A stretch of DNA of 64,000 nucleotides, taken from NCBI RefSeq assembly GCF_006345805.1, contig NC_043012.1:49166001-49230000 (forward strand). The letters are read 5' to 3'. Shown in pieces: positions 1-13,439 of this stretch. The notes under the pieces are model-generated. The model was not told the origin of the DNA and ran no database searches. It was given only the letters and a program-made list of their open reading frames with translations. Made by a program: the position numbers and the translations under genes. Every line of letters starts with the position of its first letter. The first letter of the stretch is position 1. Source of the DNA: Octopus sinensis (lineage: Eukaryota).

Positions 1-309
1 ATACATACATGGTGGCTGCCCCCTCGTTATCGAGTATGGAGATTGCACGAAGTCTAATCAATGTTGTCATCGTGCAATGCCTGTGCAAGAAGATTTTTTT
101 AAAGTGAGGAAAAGCTGTGCACTGAGTCAATCCCACTCACTAAGCAAGATCAGCCATAATCCGAAAAGATACATACATACATACATACATACATACATAC
201 AAGAAGTGATTAAGATTCAGTTGAATTAGGTACTTAAGTTGAGACACCAAGTCAGTCAGGTATTATCCGCATAGCGCGAACTAAGGCGACTAAAACGCAA
301 ATAAGTAAC

Positions 310-1164
310 AAGAATATATATATATATATATATATATAGTATATGTTTGTGCATATATGTATATCTAACTATGCACCTGTCTGTGTGTATGTCTATATAT
401 TTATCTATCTATATACATATATGCATGTATATATATGTATATATATAGAGAGAGATAAATTGATAGATAGACAGACAGAGAGATACACACATACATCACG
501 CACATTACAAATATAATTTATTGCAATAGCTTCTCGCTGTATATACACGGATAGATTATGAGGGTGTGTTGTATGTCCAATGAAACAGTTTGTACCTTGA
601 AGTTTGCAATTTTCACGCTTGCACAAAGTGGTATAAATTACTTTAATTTACTGTAATTTGGAGTTTATTCAATCGGTTGCAAGCTTACAGATTATATACA
701 ATGGCATATTTGCATATGCAATGATATATTTGCATATCAGTACAGAAATAGCGTATCTGTACATGGTCACTGACAGGGCTAGAAATGTCAGCCAAATTTC
801 TTTCAGATCTTACCCTATCAGCCCCAGTATGTTTAGAATGGTCACGGCTAGAACATCGTCGATAAAAGAGCTGCTCAACTATGGTGGAACTGTGGTTTGA
901 ACAACAATTAAAAAGAAAAGTTTATCATGCAAAATAACAATACGAAGTATCGTTATCATGAAAGAACAAGACCGATTCTGGCAGAAAGCAGAAAGTTATG
1001 GAGAAGGAGCACTTATCCATATCATCTTCAGTATTTATGTTAATCCTTAGAATATATATATATATATATATATTATATTTATAAATATTTTGTGCATATA
1101 TGTATATCTAGCTATGCACCTGTCTCCGTGTATGCCTATCTATTTATCTATCTATATACACATA

Positions 1165-1220
<56 letters not shown>

Positions 1221-1325
1221 AGAGAGAGAGGGAGAGAGAGAGAGAGAGGGAAGAGAGAGAGAAATTGATAGATAGACAGACAGAGAGATACACACATTCA
1301 TCACGCACATTACAAATATAATCTA
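310..1325 (+). repeat. Diverged direct duplication (~310-520 and ~1050-1325)
   Basis: Shared TTTGTGCATATATGTATATCTA.CTATGCACCTGTCT...AAATTGATAGATAGACAGACAGAGAGATACACACAT..CATCACGCACATTACAAATATAAT; TA/GA arrays differ in length. Confidence 0.85.
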
Positions 1326-1823
1326 TAAGCGGAACAAAAGAAAGATGCAAGGCTTTTTCCAAGCTCAAAATGTGAAATCGACCTCTGCGGAATTTGAACC
1401 ATGAACGCATCTAATTTAGGCACAAAGCGAAGAATTTTGAGGCTAAGGGAGTTTGCCAATGACATTTACTCCAGTAATTATCTCGTACTTTGTTTTATCG
1501 AAGGAAGAAGTTTTTAGCCAACCTCGGCGGTATTCCAGCTATGCACATAAAGGACCGTACCTAATGCAAAGCGACTGAGTTGATTTTTGTTGGTCACAAA
1601 GCGGAACGACGCATAAAATGCAAGCATCTTACGATCCAATGATGCTTCTCATGCTTCAAAATAGAATGTGTTTTAGTCTTACTAAAGACTTTTCTCTTGG
1701 GACTATTCTTGCAGCGAAAGAACTTATCACGTCCGAACATGTCCGAACGTGTTCATCATGACTCTCTACATGGATACATCAACATATACATACATATATT
1801 ACATTATTTTATTTTATATCGTA

Positions 1824-2216
1824 CTAGCAGTATCGCCCGGCGTTGCTCGGGTTTGTAAGGGAAATAACTATAAAGCATTTTTAGAGAGTTATAGCTAAAA
1901 AATAGCAAAAAATGCATTCAAAATGGAAAAAAAATTATGGTAAATTTTTTTTAAATCGGTGACTCATCGTAGACATTTTTAGAGAGTTACTTCCCTTATG
2001 TTAAAAAAAATATTCATTAAAATGGAAAAAAATGATGGTAAATTATTTTTAAAATCGTAGACTCATCGTAGACGCGCGCTAATACCCAGAAGGGCTTGAT
2101 ATGAATCACGACTATAAGATACCCGGTTTTGGATAAACTGCACCGCAAAATGTGGGAGTAGTTAGGAATCTAAATCGGAGTAGACAGACACACAACCTTT
2201 CTTTTATATATAAAGA
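1824..2216 (-). mobile_element. Non-autonomous Helitron
   Basis: Minus: A|TC start (ATCTTTATATATAAAAG), subterminal hairpin CCCGAGCAACGCCGGG, CTAG|T end, no TSD; internal ~100-bp tandem duplication (1875-2072). Confidence 0.8.
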
Positions 2217-2622
2217 TATTATATTATATTATATATTATATATATGCACACAATTACCTATGTATGTATCTATCTATTTATATCTTACTATCAGGTTATG
2301 ATATAATTTCCTTTATTACATTTCCCCTTATAATTCACACCTCCTCTATCTCCACAACTCTCTCATCTATCCCCTCCTCTCTCTTTTTCTCTGTTTCTAT
2401 GTCCGTGTGTATGTGCTTTCTATTCATCTCTGCATCGTATTTTCGTATTATATTTTCTTTCCATTCTCACGCTGTTCTTTCCTTTCTTCGTCCTTTTTAT
2501 ATATTACCATTATATCCATCTATCAATTTATCCTGCTTGTTTCTCTACATCTTCTCATATTTAACTATATTTCACTCTTCCAGCCAAGCTACAAACATAC
2601 ATATACCTACATACACGTACAC

Positions 2623-2658
<36 letters not shown>

Positions 2659-2809
2659 GTGTGAGTATGCATACTTCTATATATGTGTGTGTATGTTTAT
2701 TTACATATATAGAGACGTATATATAAATATATATATATATATGCATATATGTATATATATATATATATCTGTGTATTTATATGTATGTATATATATATAT
2801 ATATGTATA

Positions 2810-2884
<75 letters not shown>

Positions 2885-3269
2885 GTGTATATATATATAT
2901 ATGTATATCTATATATATATATATACATGCATATATATATATACATCGATGTATATGTATAATCTATACACACAGACACACACACACAAACACACACACA
3001 CATACATATATGTTTCTATTCTCCCCTGAGTTTTACTCGTTACCACCATACTCCTCAATATTCATTTTTCTCTTTCCTCGTCCTCTTCCTCCTATCTCTC
3101 AACCAGAACTGTCATCCACCCAGCCACCCCTGTCCATTGTCTTCTTTAATAATCACGTCTCTTTTTTTTTTTTCGTTTTCCGGCACATACTCACACACAG
3201 ACACATATATACAAACACACAATTATTAACAATTTACCCCTCCCCACACCCAGCTGAAACTACCACCAC

Positions 3270-3780
3270 GACCGCCACTATAACACACCCACATACACAC
3301 ACCACTAAATCACAGGAACCTCACACTATCACCACTTCAGCCACCTTATACTGCCACCACCATTCATCGGCCCCAACCCCACTATCAACATCTAACCCAC
3401 ATTCGCACCCAACACCACTCTTATTACCACCATCACACTTCATACCTCGATTCATCTCTACCCACTAACCATTCACCGCCACAAGCCACCATTCATCACC
3501 ACCACCACCACTATTTACTAACATTCATCACCACTATCACCACCAGCGCCACCACCACCATCGTCAATAGCAGTACCAGCTTCATCACTACCAGTACCAG
3601 CGCCACCACCTCCACCAATACCACCAGCACCACCATCACCCCCCACCACCAGCATCACCATTATCTCCACCAGCGCCACTACCACCATCACCACCACCGT
3701 CAGTAGCAGTACCAGCACCACCACCTCCACCAATACCACCACCAATAGCATCACCACCCCCATCACCACCGACCCACCCA
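3270..3780 (+). repeat. Degenerate (CAC/CAT/CAG)n array
   Basis: Triplet low-complexity sequence; explains the ORF at 3518-3808. Confidence 0.85.
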
Positions 3781-6058
3781 AAAAGCTATCCTTTCCACCT
3801 CTGCGCATTGTCTAATCTAAACCACCAATCAAGGAACGCCATCACCGTAGCCTTGGTTTTAATGTCGATCCTGTTCAGAGATTTGCCGTCAAAATGGCCA
3901 ACTGACCAGAACCGGAAGCTCTGTCAGTTTATAAAGCCACAAACAAAATGAAATGTCAGGCGACGATATTGCTTCTGTCAAAATACTGGCCAAGCTGTCA
4001 TAGGGTGATAATGTAGAACGAACGCTTACTAGCTTTGTAAGTGGATCAAAGAGAAAGCGAAGGCGGTGTGGAGTCAGTGGTTGTTGTTGTTGTTGCTGTT
4101 GTAGTTGTAGTCATTATTATTGTTGTTGTTGTTGTGGTGGTGGTGGTGGTGGTGTTGATGCTGAAGATGTTGGTGGCGGAGAAGGTGGTGGTGGTGGCTG
4201 TAGTAGTTGGTTGAGGAGAGAGGTTATGTTCTGTAGCTGTAGATGAGCAGCGAAGCGGCTAAAAGAAGAATGGAACAGAAGACAAGAGTGAGAGGGAAGG
4301 AAAGTGTAAGAGAGAGAGAGAGAGAAAACGAGATAAAGACACAGAAAGAGAGAAAATAGATATAGTAATATGAAAATGGTAACAATGTAAAGAGCGGCGA
4401 GTTCGAGACACGAAAGGAAATGAAGGCAAAGAAAGAAGGTGGGAGAGAGATAGAAAGCGAGAGAGAGAATATATGAAGAGATAAGTTTAATCAAATGGCT
4501 TTCTTGTCTATCATTTTATGGTGAGAACTCAATACCTCTGGTAGGGATATATTAATGTTTATACAATAATTATATCAACGTAATGCTTATTTTTGTTTGT
4601 GACGAATTAGATGGCAAGCAAAGTTGGTCATATCTAGTCTACATATAACTGCCGTTCCATGGAACTTAAGTAGCGCATTTGTATATTTTAACTATTGTGC
4701 CATGAGAATGAATATATGTATATATATATATCTTCTCAGTCATTCGACTGCGGCCAGGCTGGGGCACCACCTCGAAGAATGTTCAGTCGAAGGAATCAAT
4801 CCTGGGACTTATTATTTTAAAAACTTGATTCTTATTCTAATGGTCTCTTTTGCCGAATCATTAAGTTACGGGGATGTGTGTGTGTGTGTGTGTGTATAAT
4901 TACATAAGTGCAAATATATTTGTATACATGTATATGATGATATGATATATGCACAAGCAAATCAACACCGGTTGTCAAGCGGTAGTGGGGAATATCCTCA
5001 GACAGAAAGACACACACTATGGGCTTCAGTTTCCGTCAACAAAATTTACTTAAAAGGCTATTGTTTGAAGACACTTGCCCAAGGTACCAGCTGGGGGAAT
5101 GAACTCGGAACTATGTGGCTGGGAGGTAATGCATGTCTATATGCAAAAAGATGTATTTGTAAGTATGAATGTGTGTGTGTACGCTCATATACATACAGAA
5201 ACATCAAATACACATAAACACACTCACATACACGATTCACAAACACACGCTGAATCACATATAAATCACTATGTGGAGCTATATTTATATCAGTTGATAC
5301 ACGCAGGCGCAAGTGTGAGTGGGTAAGAAACTTGCTTTACAATTTCGAGAGTTGGCGAGCTGGCAGAAATGTTAGCACGCCGGGCAAAATGCTTAGTGGT
5401 ATTTCGTCTGCCGCTACGTTCTGAGTTCAAATTCCGCCGAGGTCGACTTTGCCTTTCATCCTTTCGGGGTCGATTAAATAAGTACCAGTTACGCACTGGG
5501 ATCGATATTATCGACTTAATCCGTTTGTCTGTCCTTGTTTGTCCTCTCTGTGTTTAGCCCCTTGTGGGTAGTAAAGAAATAGATATTTCGTCTGTCTTTA
5601 CGTTCTGAGGTCGACCTTGCCTTTCAGGGTCGATAAATTAAGTACCAGTTACGTACTGGAGTCGATCTAATCAACTGGCCCCCTCTCCCAAAATTTCGGG
5701 CCTTGTGCCAAAAGTAAGAAAGAATATTAAGGCGGCGAGCTGGCAGAAACGTTAGCATGCCGGGCGCAATGATTTGCTTTATTTCATCTGTCATTATGTT
5801 CTGAGTTCAAATTCCGCCGAGGTCGACTTTTCGGGGTCAATAAATTGAGTTCCAGCTGCGTACTGGGTCAATCAAATCGACTAGGCCCCCTCCCCGAAAA
5901 TTTTGGGCCTTGTGCTTAGTGTAGGAAAGAATCACGTAGTTTTGAGTTCAGTATCACTGCGCGACATCCTGGACAACTGTCTCCTAAAGCCTCGGATTAA
6001 TCAATTCCATGTGAGTGAATATAGCAGAGATAAAAACCGTCTGGAAAGCTGTGTATGC

Positions 6059-6091
<33 letters not shown>

Positions 6092-6358
6092 CGGGCGTGT
6101 GCTTCGGTTTGTCCTTTTTCTCAACACTATCAACATGGTGTTGGTTTGTTTACGTCGCCGTCATTAAGGATATTTTAGTCGTATCGACCCAATGTAATTT
6201 TGTGTGGTAAGAAGCTTGCTTTCCAACTACATGTTTCCGGGTTCAGTCCCACTGCGAGGTACCTTGGGCAAATGTCTTTTACTATAAGCCCCGGATCAAC
6301 CAAAGTTTTATGAGTGGATTTGGTAGACGGAAACTGAAAGAAGCCCTTTGTATATATA

Positions 6359-6409
<51 letters not shown>

Positions 6410-7184
6410 AGTGTGTGTGCATGTGTGCGCACTTGTGCTTGTGTATCTGTGTTTGTCCCTCCCCCATCACCTCTTGACAACCGGTTTTGTTGCGTTTACG
6501 TCCCAGTAAGTTAGCGGTTCAGCAAAAGATATCGATAGTATGAGTACCAGACTTGAAGAAAAATGTAATAGGGTCGATTTAGTCGACCAAAATTCTTCAA
6601 GGCAGTGCCGCAACATAGCAGCGGTCTGATGACTGGAACAAGTAAAAGAATAAAAGAATTGTGTAACAAATATTATATTTTCAGTAAATTTCCCATGTGT
6701 CCAGGCATTTACTTCTTAACCTTTTTAGTCAATTGACGCACCTCAAATGACCGTTACCCTTATTGAAATTACGAACTATTGATGGTACATTCTCATTTGT
6801 TAGGCAACTCATTGAATGCAGCTGTCAAATCAATAATGTTGCCGCGTATCAGTCTAAGAAATCGATATTATTCTGGCTTCTGTATGCAGTAAAATCGAAT
6901 GCTCTTTGATCCACAATTAATTTCTAGGTAAATTATATATTCTTTCACTTAGCACAGTGTTACTGTTTAACCGAAGTGATAGGATCTTGTTGGGGCCCAG
7001 TAAACTAAAAGACCAGTGTTTCAAATCATATTAACAAGGTAGCGCTGCGTTCGTTGAAACGACTCTGCTTATCTTTCAGCAGTTCACTGCTTACAGGTGT
7101 ATTTACATAGTACTCGATCCGTCGGGAGTAGGAGACAATTTCCCCCTAAAGTGCAGTACCACCACAAAATAAATGATAACATTA

Positions 7185-7410
7185 TATCATCATTGTTCGA
7201 CCGCGGTTGAGACAATGGAATTTACTATGCTACGCCAGACTTCACGGGCCATCATAGCATTACGGAGGTCCTGTTGCTGGATGCCTGTATTCCTGGAGAT
7301 TACATCAGGGTAGGAGAGTGTGCGCCCTCTGGTATCGCGACTAGATGGCCCCCAGAGTAGAAATTGCCTCGTTTTCAGCTCTACAGCAATGTCCAGCAAA
7401 CATTATATAA
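7185..7410 (-). mobile_element. RTE-type LINE 3' end fragment
   Basis: ORF ...LLWGPSSRDTRGRTLSYPDVISRNTGIQQQDLRNAMMAREVWRSIV resembles an RTE C-terminus, followed by a short TGA-type tail. Confidence 0.65.
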
Positions 7411-7969
7411 TGCAGTCCATGATGAATTATATGAATTATCTGAAAATAAGATTGGATGGGTATGGCCTGAACGTGGGGCAAAATAATAACAACATGAAGG
7501 CATGATTATTTAGGTAAGCAAGACGGCTACCTGGTAGAATTGTTAGCACGCCGAACAAAATGCCTAGTGTCATTTCGTCCGTCTTCACATTCAGAGTTCG
7601 AATTCCACAGAGGTCGGTTTTGACGTTCATCCTTTTAGAGTCGATGAAATACGCACCAGGAAAGCACAAAGGTCGAAGTAATTGATTGACTCCTGACCCA
7701 CAAATTTTCAGGCCTTGTACCAATAGCAGAAAGCGTTATTATTCAGTGGCATTCAAAATAATGCTTCTTCCTGCCTTTCTATATCTCCCACACCCTTCAC
7801 CGTCTCCCCTCTCCCTCTTTTGATGCGTCTGCCTCGCCCTCTGTCGGTCCTTTTCTTCTAACAGATCCGTTTTTATGTTCCTTTTCCTCTCTGTTTTTCT
7901 CTCCGTGTGTTCCTCTCTTCACCTGCACCTGTCTATGTTTCTCTCCCTCTCTCGCCTTCTCTCCCCCCC

Positions 7970-8014
<45 letters not shown>

Positions 8015-8132
8015 CTGTTGCAGACTCATTGTCTATCTCTCGGCCTCTGCCTGTCTCTTACATTCTCTCTATTTCGCTTCATCTCGAGCTTTCCTATTTC
8101 TGTCGAGACATATCCCTCTCACTCATCTCCTC

Positions 8133-8176
<44 letters not shown>

Positions 8177-8181
8177 ATATG

Positions 8182-8227
<46 letters not shown>

Positions 8228-8251
8228 GTATACACATATATATATATAAAT

Positions 8252-8287
<36 letters not shown>

Positions 8288-10262
8288 GTATATCAAGATG
8301 ATCTTATGCTATAAACACTTTGAATCTCATTTCAGTTTGACGATCCAAAAATAATGAAATGGACTCACAATGGCAGCATTTTGTTAGAGTCACATTGACT
8401 AATTAGTAAATTTACGCATAATTAATTATTCATCTTATTTATTCTATTTCTATTTATTAGTCTTACTGATAACTAATTAGTAATACAGATAAGGAAAGAA
8501 GGTAATAAAGAACTGAATAATTAATAGTGCCTGTGTTAACTAATTGGCAGATAAGACCATATCTGTACCAACACAGGTTTTGAGGTCAAATTCTGACCTT
8601 CATTTCTTTCTTTCTCAAGGTTCTAATGGTTGCTTTCCTTTCAATTTTTTATTGCTTTTGGTCTCACTGGAGGGTTGTGTCCATACTTTGTTGATTTGCT
8701 CTCCAGAAAAATGAAAGGCAGTGTAATCTTGACACGGATTTCAGCGGAATATGTAAAGAAACATAACCGAATATTTCAACACATTTTGCCCATTACTCGA
8801 ACAAAGAGATCTACAACACCTACATTTAATTTTGAGCTGTTGTGAATTGACACTGGTAGTTGAAATATGGCAGGAAAGAAGATTTTACATGTCCTTATGT
8901 CTAACATTCCGGAGAGGAATTAATTACATGAGTATGCTGGGACGTGAAGCCACGTTGCGTAGTTGTTAGAGTTTTGTACACAGGATCGTAAGATCGGAGT
9001 GTAAATTGCCCCAGTCTATTCAGCTGCAAATGAATTCCAGCAATATCTGGGAAGTTAGCCATGCAGCGGAACGACGTCCCGTTCATGTGAGAAGTAACGT
9101 AATCTCAGTTCTACGTCTTGAAAGCAGAATTAAGTTACATCCTTATGAGTCTTAGAGCTTATAGGTGTTTGAACAGTGGAAAGAAAACGAAGGAAATAAT
9201 ATCCTACTATATTCGGCATCGCTATTTCTTTTGTGGAACGGCATCGATCTGATCGAATGTTTTAATGGTACTTTATTTGAGTGACCTGTGAAGGATGAAC
9301 AAGAATGCTCGTCTTCAGAATGTTTTATGTAAACAACGTCCAGCAATTTCTCAGGAGCACCACTGATTGTGCCAGCTATAACCCTGGCTATAGTGCAGTG
9401 TTTCATAAGCTATTTTCACCAGGCCTCACTATAACGTTCCAGAAAAATGTTTGCCCCACCGATGGTTGGGAAAAAGCAACTTTATTTTTAATATTTCATA
9501 ATTATATACTTTTCTTAAAGAAATATCCACTCTAGGGCATTAGAACCGCGCTATACTGTAACAAACAGTCTTCATACAGTATGTTTGGTTGGAGGAATTG
9601 GTTTGGCTGGGTTGAGTATAGGCATGGTATGTTTGCTGTAAAGAAAAATCTTCACAATTCCATGCCCCATTAGAAAAAATAAAAGAAAGAAAAAATGTGT
9701 ATCCCACTTCACGAATCACTGCTTTAGAGTAAGACTAGTTTTAAAATTAAGCACGAGGCCATGAATTCAGAATATAATTTATTACGAAGACAGGCACTGA
9801 AATGGTATTTATTTAGTCGATTCCGAAAGGGTGAAAAACAAAGTCGGTCTCAGTGAGATTTGAATTCAGAAGGTAAAAGACAAGCAAGTAAATACTCCGA
9901 GGTATTTTATCCGACGTTCCAACCACTCTGCCAACATACAGCTATTTTATTCAATAATTTAAACTGTCTACCACTTCTCCACCCTTCAGCCTTGGTAAAG
10001 TATTGATTTTTACTTTGGTCAGCTTTGGAAGAACCAAACCTAGAGTCCACGCTAGTAATATTTAAAATGACAATGTACCGAGATGCTATTAAATACTGAT
10101 GAAAATTAAGTACTGCTATCCCGCAATCCTTACAAATTCAGGATCCATAGGATAAGGAGAACAATAACTTCAACAGCATCACGTTATGAGAAAAGCCATG
10201 AGAGTCTAATTTAAAGAAATCAAAATGATTATTATAAAAATTATATATATATATATATATAT

Positions 10263-10315
<53 letters not shown>

Positions 10316-10566
10316 GGAGGAAGAGAGAGGGAGGGAGAAAGGGAGAGAGAGAAAGAGAGAAAATGAGAGCATTAAAATGAATGAATCTTGTCGAAATGCA
10401 CTGAATCCTATTGGGTGGTTTGGGCTCGGAGAAAATAGCATATAAAGTAAAGGGGGAAAAACATAAAAAGAAATTGTATTCGCTTGAAGGAGCGACATGA
10501 AAATTAACTGCGTTCATTTAAAGAAATGGTTTCCTTTTTAGTCTTTAAAAAGAAAGATAGCAAGTG

Positions 10567-10567
<1 letters not shown>

Positions 10568-10638
<71 letters not shown>
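10568..10638 (+). repeat. (CAA)n microsatellite
   Basis: Near-pure triplet run. Confidence 0.95.
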
Positions 10639-10640
<2 letters not shown>

Positions 10641-11530
10641 ACTGACGACAGCAAAAACAGCAACATCAACAGCAAGAGCTGAATAACGAAAAAAACAGAA
10701 ATTTAAATGGCGAATAAAAATAAGATGGATGTAACAATAAAATATGGGAGGAAATGGTAGAAGAAAAAAGGCTTCTAAAGAAAAGCTCGGAAGACAAGGA
10801 ATATTCTTATTTCCCAACTCCCAGTTTTTCTTCGCTTTCTTTCTCACTACTCATCTGTTCTATTCTATATCCTACATATATCTATTTATCTTACACATGT
10901 CGTTCTTAACATTTTTTTTTTCTTATTGTCATGACACACCTGTTTTTGTTGAAACGATGTTTAAAAAAAAAATCGGGAATGGACGCCTTGTATAATAATT
11001 TTCATAACGACATGTAAGCATATGTTCCGATATCTTTTTACTCGACACAAATACAAGAAACTTCACAAATCGTCACAATCTTTCTCATGTAAATTTTCTT
11101 TTTGACGCTGGATCACGTCATCTCTTACATGATTGCTTCTAACGAGTCTCTCTATCTCAAAGACGCATGTGTTGCTTTGTTGTTAAAAGATAATCGCAAC
11201 ACGCGTGGGAGTAAGGTGACTTTCTTTCTACGTTAGTAGTACTGATAATTGAAACATTACTGGAGAAATGTCCAAAATAATCAAGTTAAGGAAGGATTCT
11301 TGTCAATATGCGTTTTATCGTATGGTTAGAAGTGTTTTCTTTCTACGAACAACTTTGCTATGAAGTCAGGCTAGGTTACAGTAAAACAATGCGTCACGTG
11401 CAGCACTTCGAGTAAGATTATTTCTTCAGGAACGACATACTGCTTACCTCAGCATGCATACATACAGACTCCAAGCACTCACAAGGTCATCGCTACGCAT
11501 GGAATGTGTGAGCATGTTTGTAAGTATGGT

Positions 11531-11565
<35 letters not shown>

Positions 11566-11632
11566 ACGCGTATATGTATGTATACCTGAGTGTGCATGTG
11601 TCTGTCTTGTGTTTGTAACTATAAGTGGGCGT

Positions 11633-11663
<31 letters not shown>

Positions 11664-12039
11664 ACACACACACACACATACACACACACACACACACACT
11701 TACACACACACACACACAAACATCTGTATTTATAAACATTATTGAACACACATACACAAGACGTGTTTTGTCAGGTTTTGGGCAGGCTGCTCTTGTGGGC
11801 GTAAGAGAATATATGAATATATTCTCATGAATTCGCCTGGTGCTAAAACACTTGAAGGACATATATATATACTTATGTGTGTGTGTGTCTAGTGAGAGAG
11901 GGGGGAGAGGGAAAGTGAGAGCGAGTGAGTGAGAGAAAGTGAGAATGAGAGAGAGAGAGAGAGAGAGACGTAAACATACATATATATATACGCATACTTA
12001 TAGATATGTATATACATATATGTAAATCTATGTTTTTTT

Positions 12040-12138
12040 TTCTTCTTCTTCTTCTTCTTCTTCTTCTTCTCTTCTTCTTCTCCTTCTCCTTCTTCTTCTC
12101 CTTCTTCTTCTTCTTCTTCTCTTCTTCTTCTTCTTCCA
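12040..12138 (+). repeat. (CTT)n microsatellite
   Basis: Interrupted triplet run. Confidence 0.95.
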
Positions 12139-12705
12139 TTTCTTCTAAAGAATCAATTGTAACTGCTCATTGAAGATGTGCTAAACTCTTTCTTCGTCTT
12201 CGTATTTGAATAATATACGTATGCGTATGTGTGTGAGTATGTATGTATGTGTGTATGTATGTGTGCATGTATGTGTGTGTTTATATTTCATTATACTAGG
12301 AAGACATACGAACTATATAACGAGACATTCAACAAAACATCTACCAGTAGACTCAACCAACGAGATTCAAACAATGTTTTACTTCAATTCAAACTTTCCG
12401 CGAGAGCGCAGAAAAAAAGAGCGTTTTTATGAACCCTTTTCCGTTCTGACTCGACCAATAGTCGGGTCAGTACAAAATTCGTAATGAGAAGCGAAACGAA
12501 TAACTGTTTGATCTTAAATTGAAACAATGGATATTACACTCAACGGAATGAAATACGTATATGTGTAAATTTATATAAATATATATATATCTCAAATATG
12601 TATGTATATTATTGTCTCGTATAGATAAAAGTTAATGATTAAGATGTTCAGAATACGCTACGTCGAGTGATACGAACTGATAAATATTTTAATTCTGTTT
12701 CATTT

Positions 12706-13137
12706 GACACCGCTAGAAAAAAATCCCATTTTCCGTAGCGGTGTCGTATGAAATTGTCACCCATAATTATAACCCTAGTATCGATCTATTGCATTTCAAT
12801 CTGTTTTAGGGTTAGGGTTACGGGTGGGGTTAGGGTTAGGGGTGGGGGAAGGGTATCTTTTTTCTTCGCAAATGTAAATAAACCCAATCTGTTTCTTAAA
12901 CGAGGGACGTATTCATACAGCACGGAATGTTTTCACCACAAATGGACTCCAGCGATTGGTTAAAATTGCCGAAATGCTCGAAATTAAAGTGGAAATATTT
13001 TACAAAGTATAGAATTTTCTCAATAAAGCCAAGAAAAAATGATGTTTTATAAACACATTCTACCAGTATACGAAGTTTAAAAGTGTTTAGTTAACTAGAA
13101 ATTGTGTTGACATGTGCCGTTCAAAAGGAAAAGATCC
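12706..13137. mobile_element. Second copy of the 31861 MITE (opposite orientation), 9-bp TSD, one atypical end
   Basis: Interior is the reverse complement of 31861-32307; TSD GTTTCATTT at 12697-12705 and 13138-13146; TTAGGG-rich tract at 12807-12845. Confidence 0.78.
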
Positions 13138-13164
13138 GTTTCATTTAATATTTTAAGCTATTAG

Positions 13165-13410
13165 ATTATCGACCACACATACGCTACCTGTTTGCCGCTA
13201 GGCTGCGACTTAGCGTCATGGGGATGGTTTCCTCAAAGCTCTGTGTGTTAAGACACGTGAAAATCATAGACAGGCGAGATAACTCACTCCAATTCCTCAA
13301 ATCCCATTCAGGAGTGATGAACCTCGACGTTTCCCCGTTTTCGTGGTTTATCAACATCATGTACCTGAACAATCGCTTCTGAATGGGATTGCGTAAGTGT
13401 GGTCGATAAT
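13165..13410. mobile_element. Small TIR element, unclassified
   Basis: 20-bp inverted repeats ATTATCGACCACACATACGC / GCGTAAGTGTGGTCGATAAT (1 mismatch) enclosing a GC-richer interior. Confidence 0.55.
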
Positions 13411-13439
13411 ATCTACAACACTAGTGCTGTTTCTTACTC

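Noticed and set aside
985-1035. CTGAAGA + TATGGA/TCCATA stem on the minus strand
   Set aside because: No GAAA, stem III or stem I follows; not a supportable hammerhead.
2264-3468. 232-aa and 195-aa ORFs
   Set aside because: Driven by TA/CA microsatellites and CT-rich low complexity.
3885-3920. YY1-like AAAATGGCC and ETS-like CCGGAAG motifs as a promoter
   Set aside because: Short motifs with no supporting first exon or ORF.
8880-9410. Short ORFs including APEKLLDVVY
   Set aside because: Possibly a transposon remnant, but no motif set could be completed.
11447-11510. Minus-strand exon candidate MRSDDLVSAWSLYVCML ending at a GAG|GTAAGC donor
   Set aside because: No acceptor, no recognisable homology, no partner exons.
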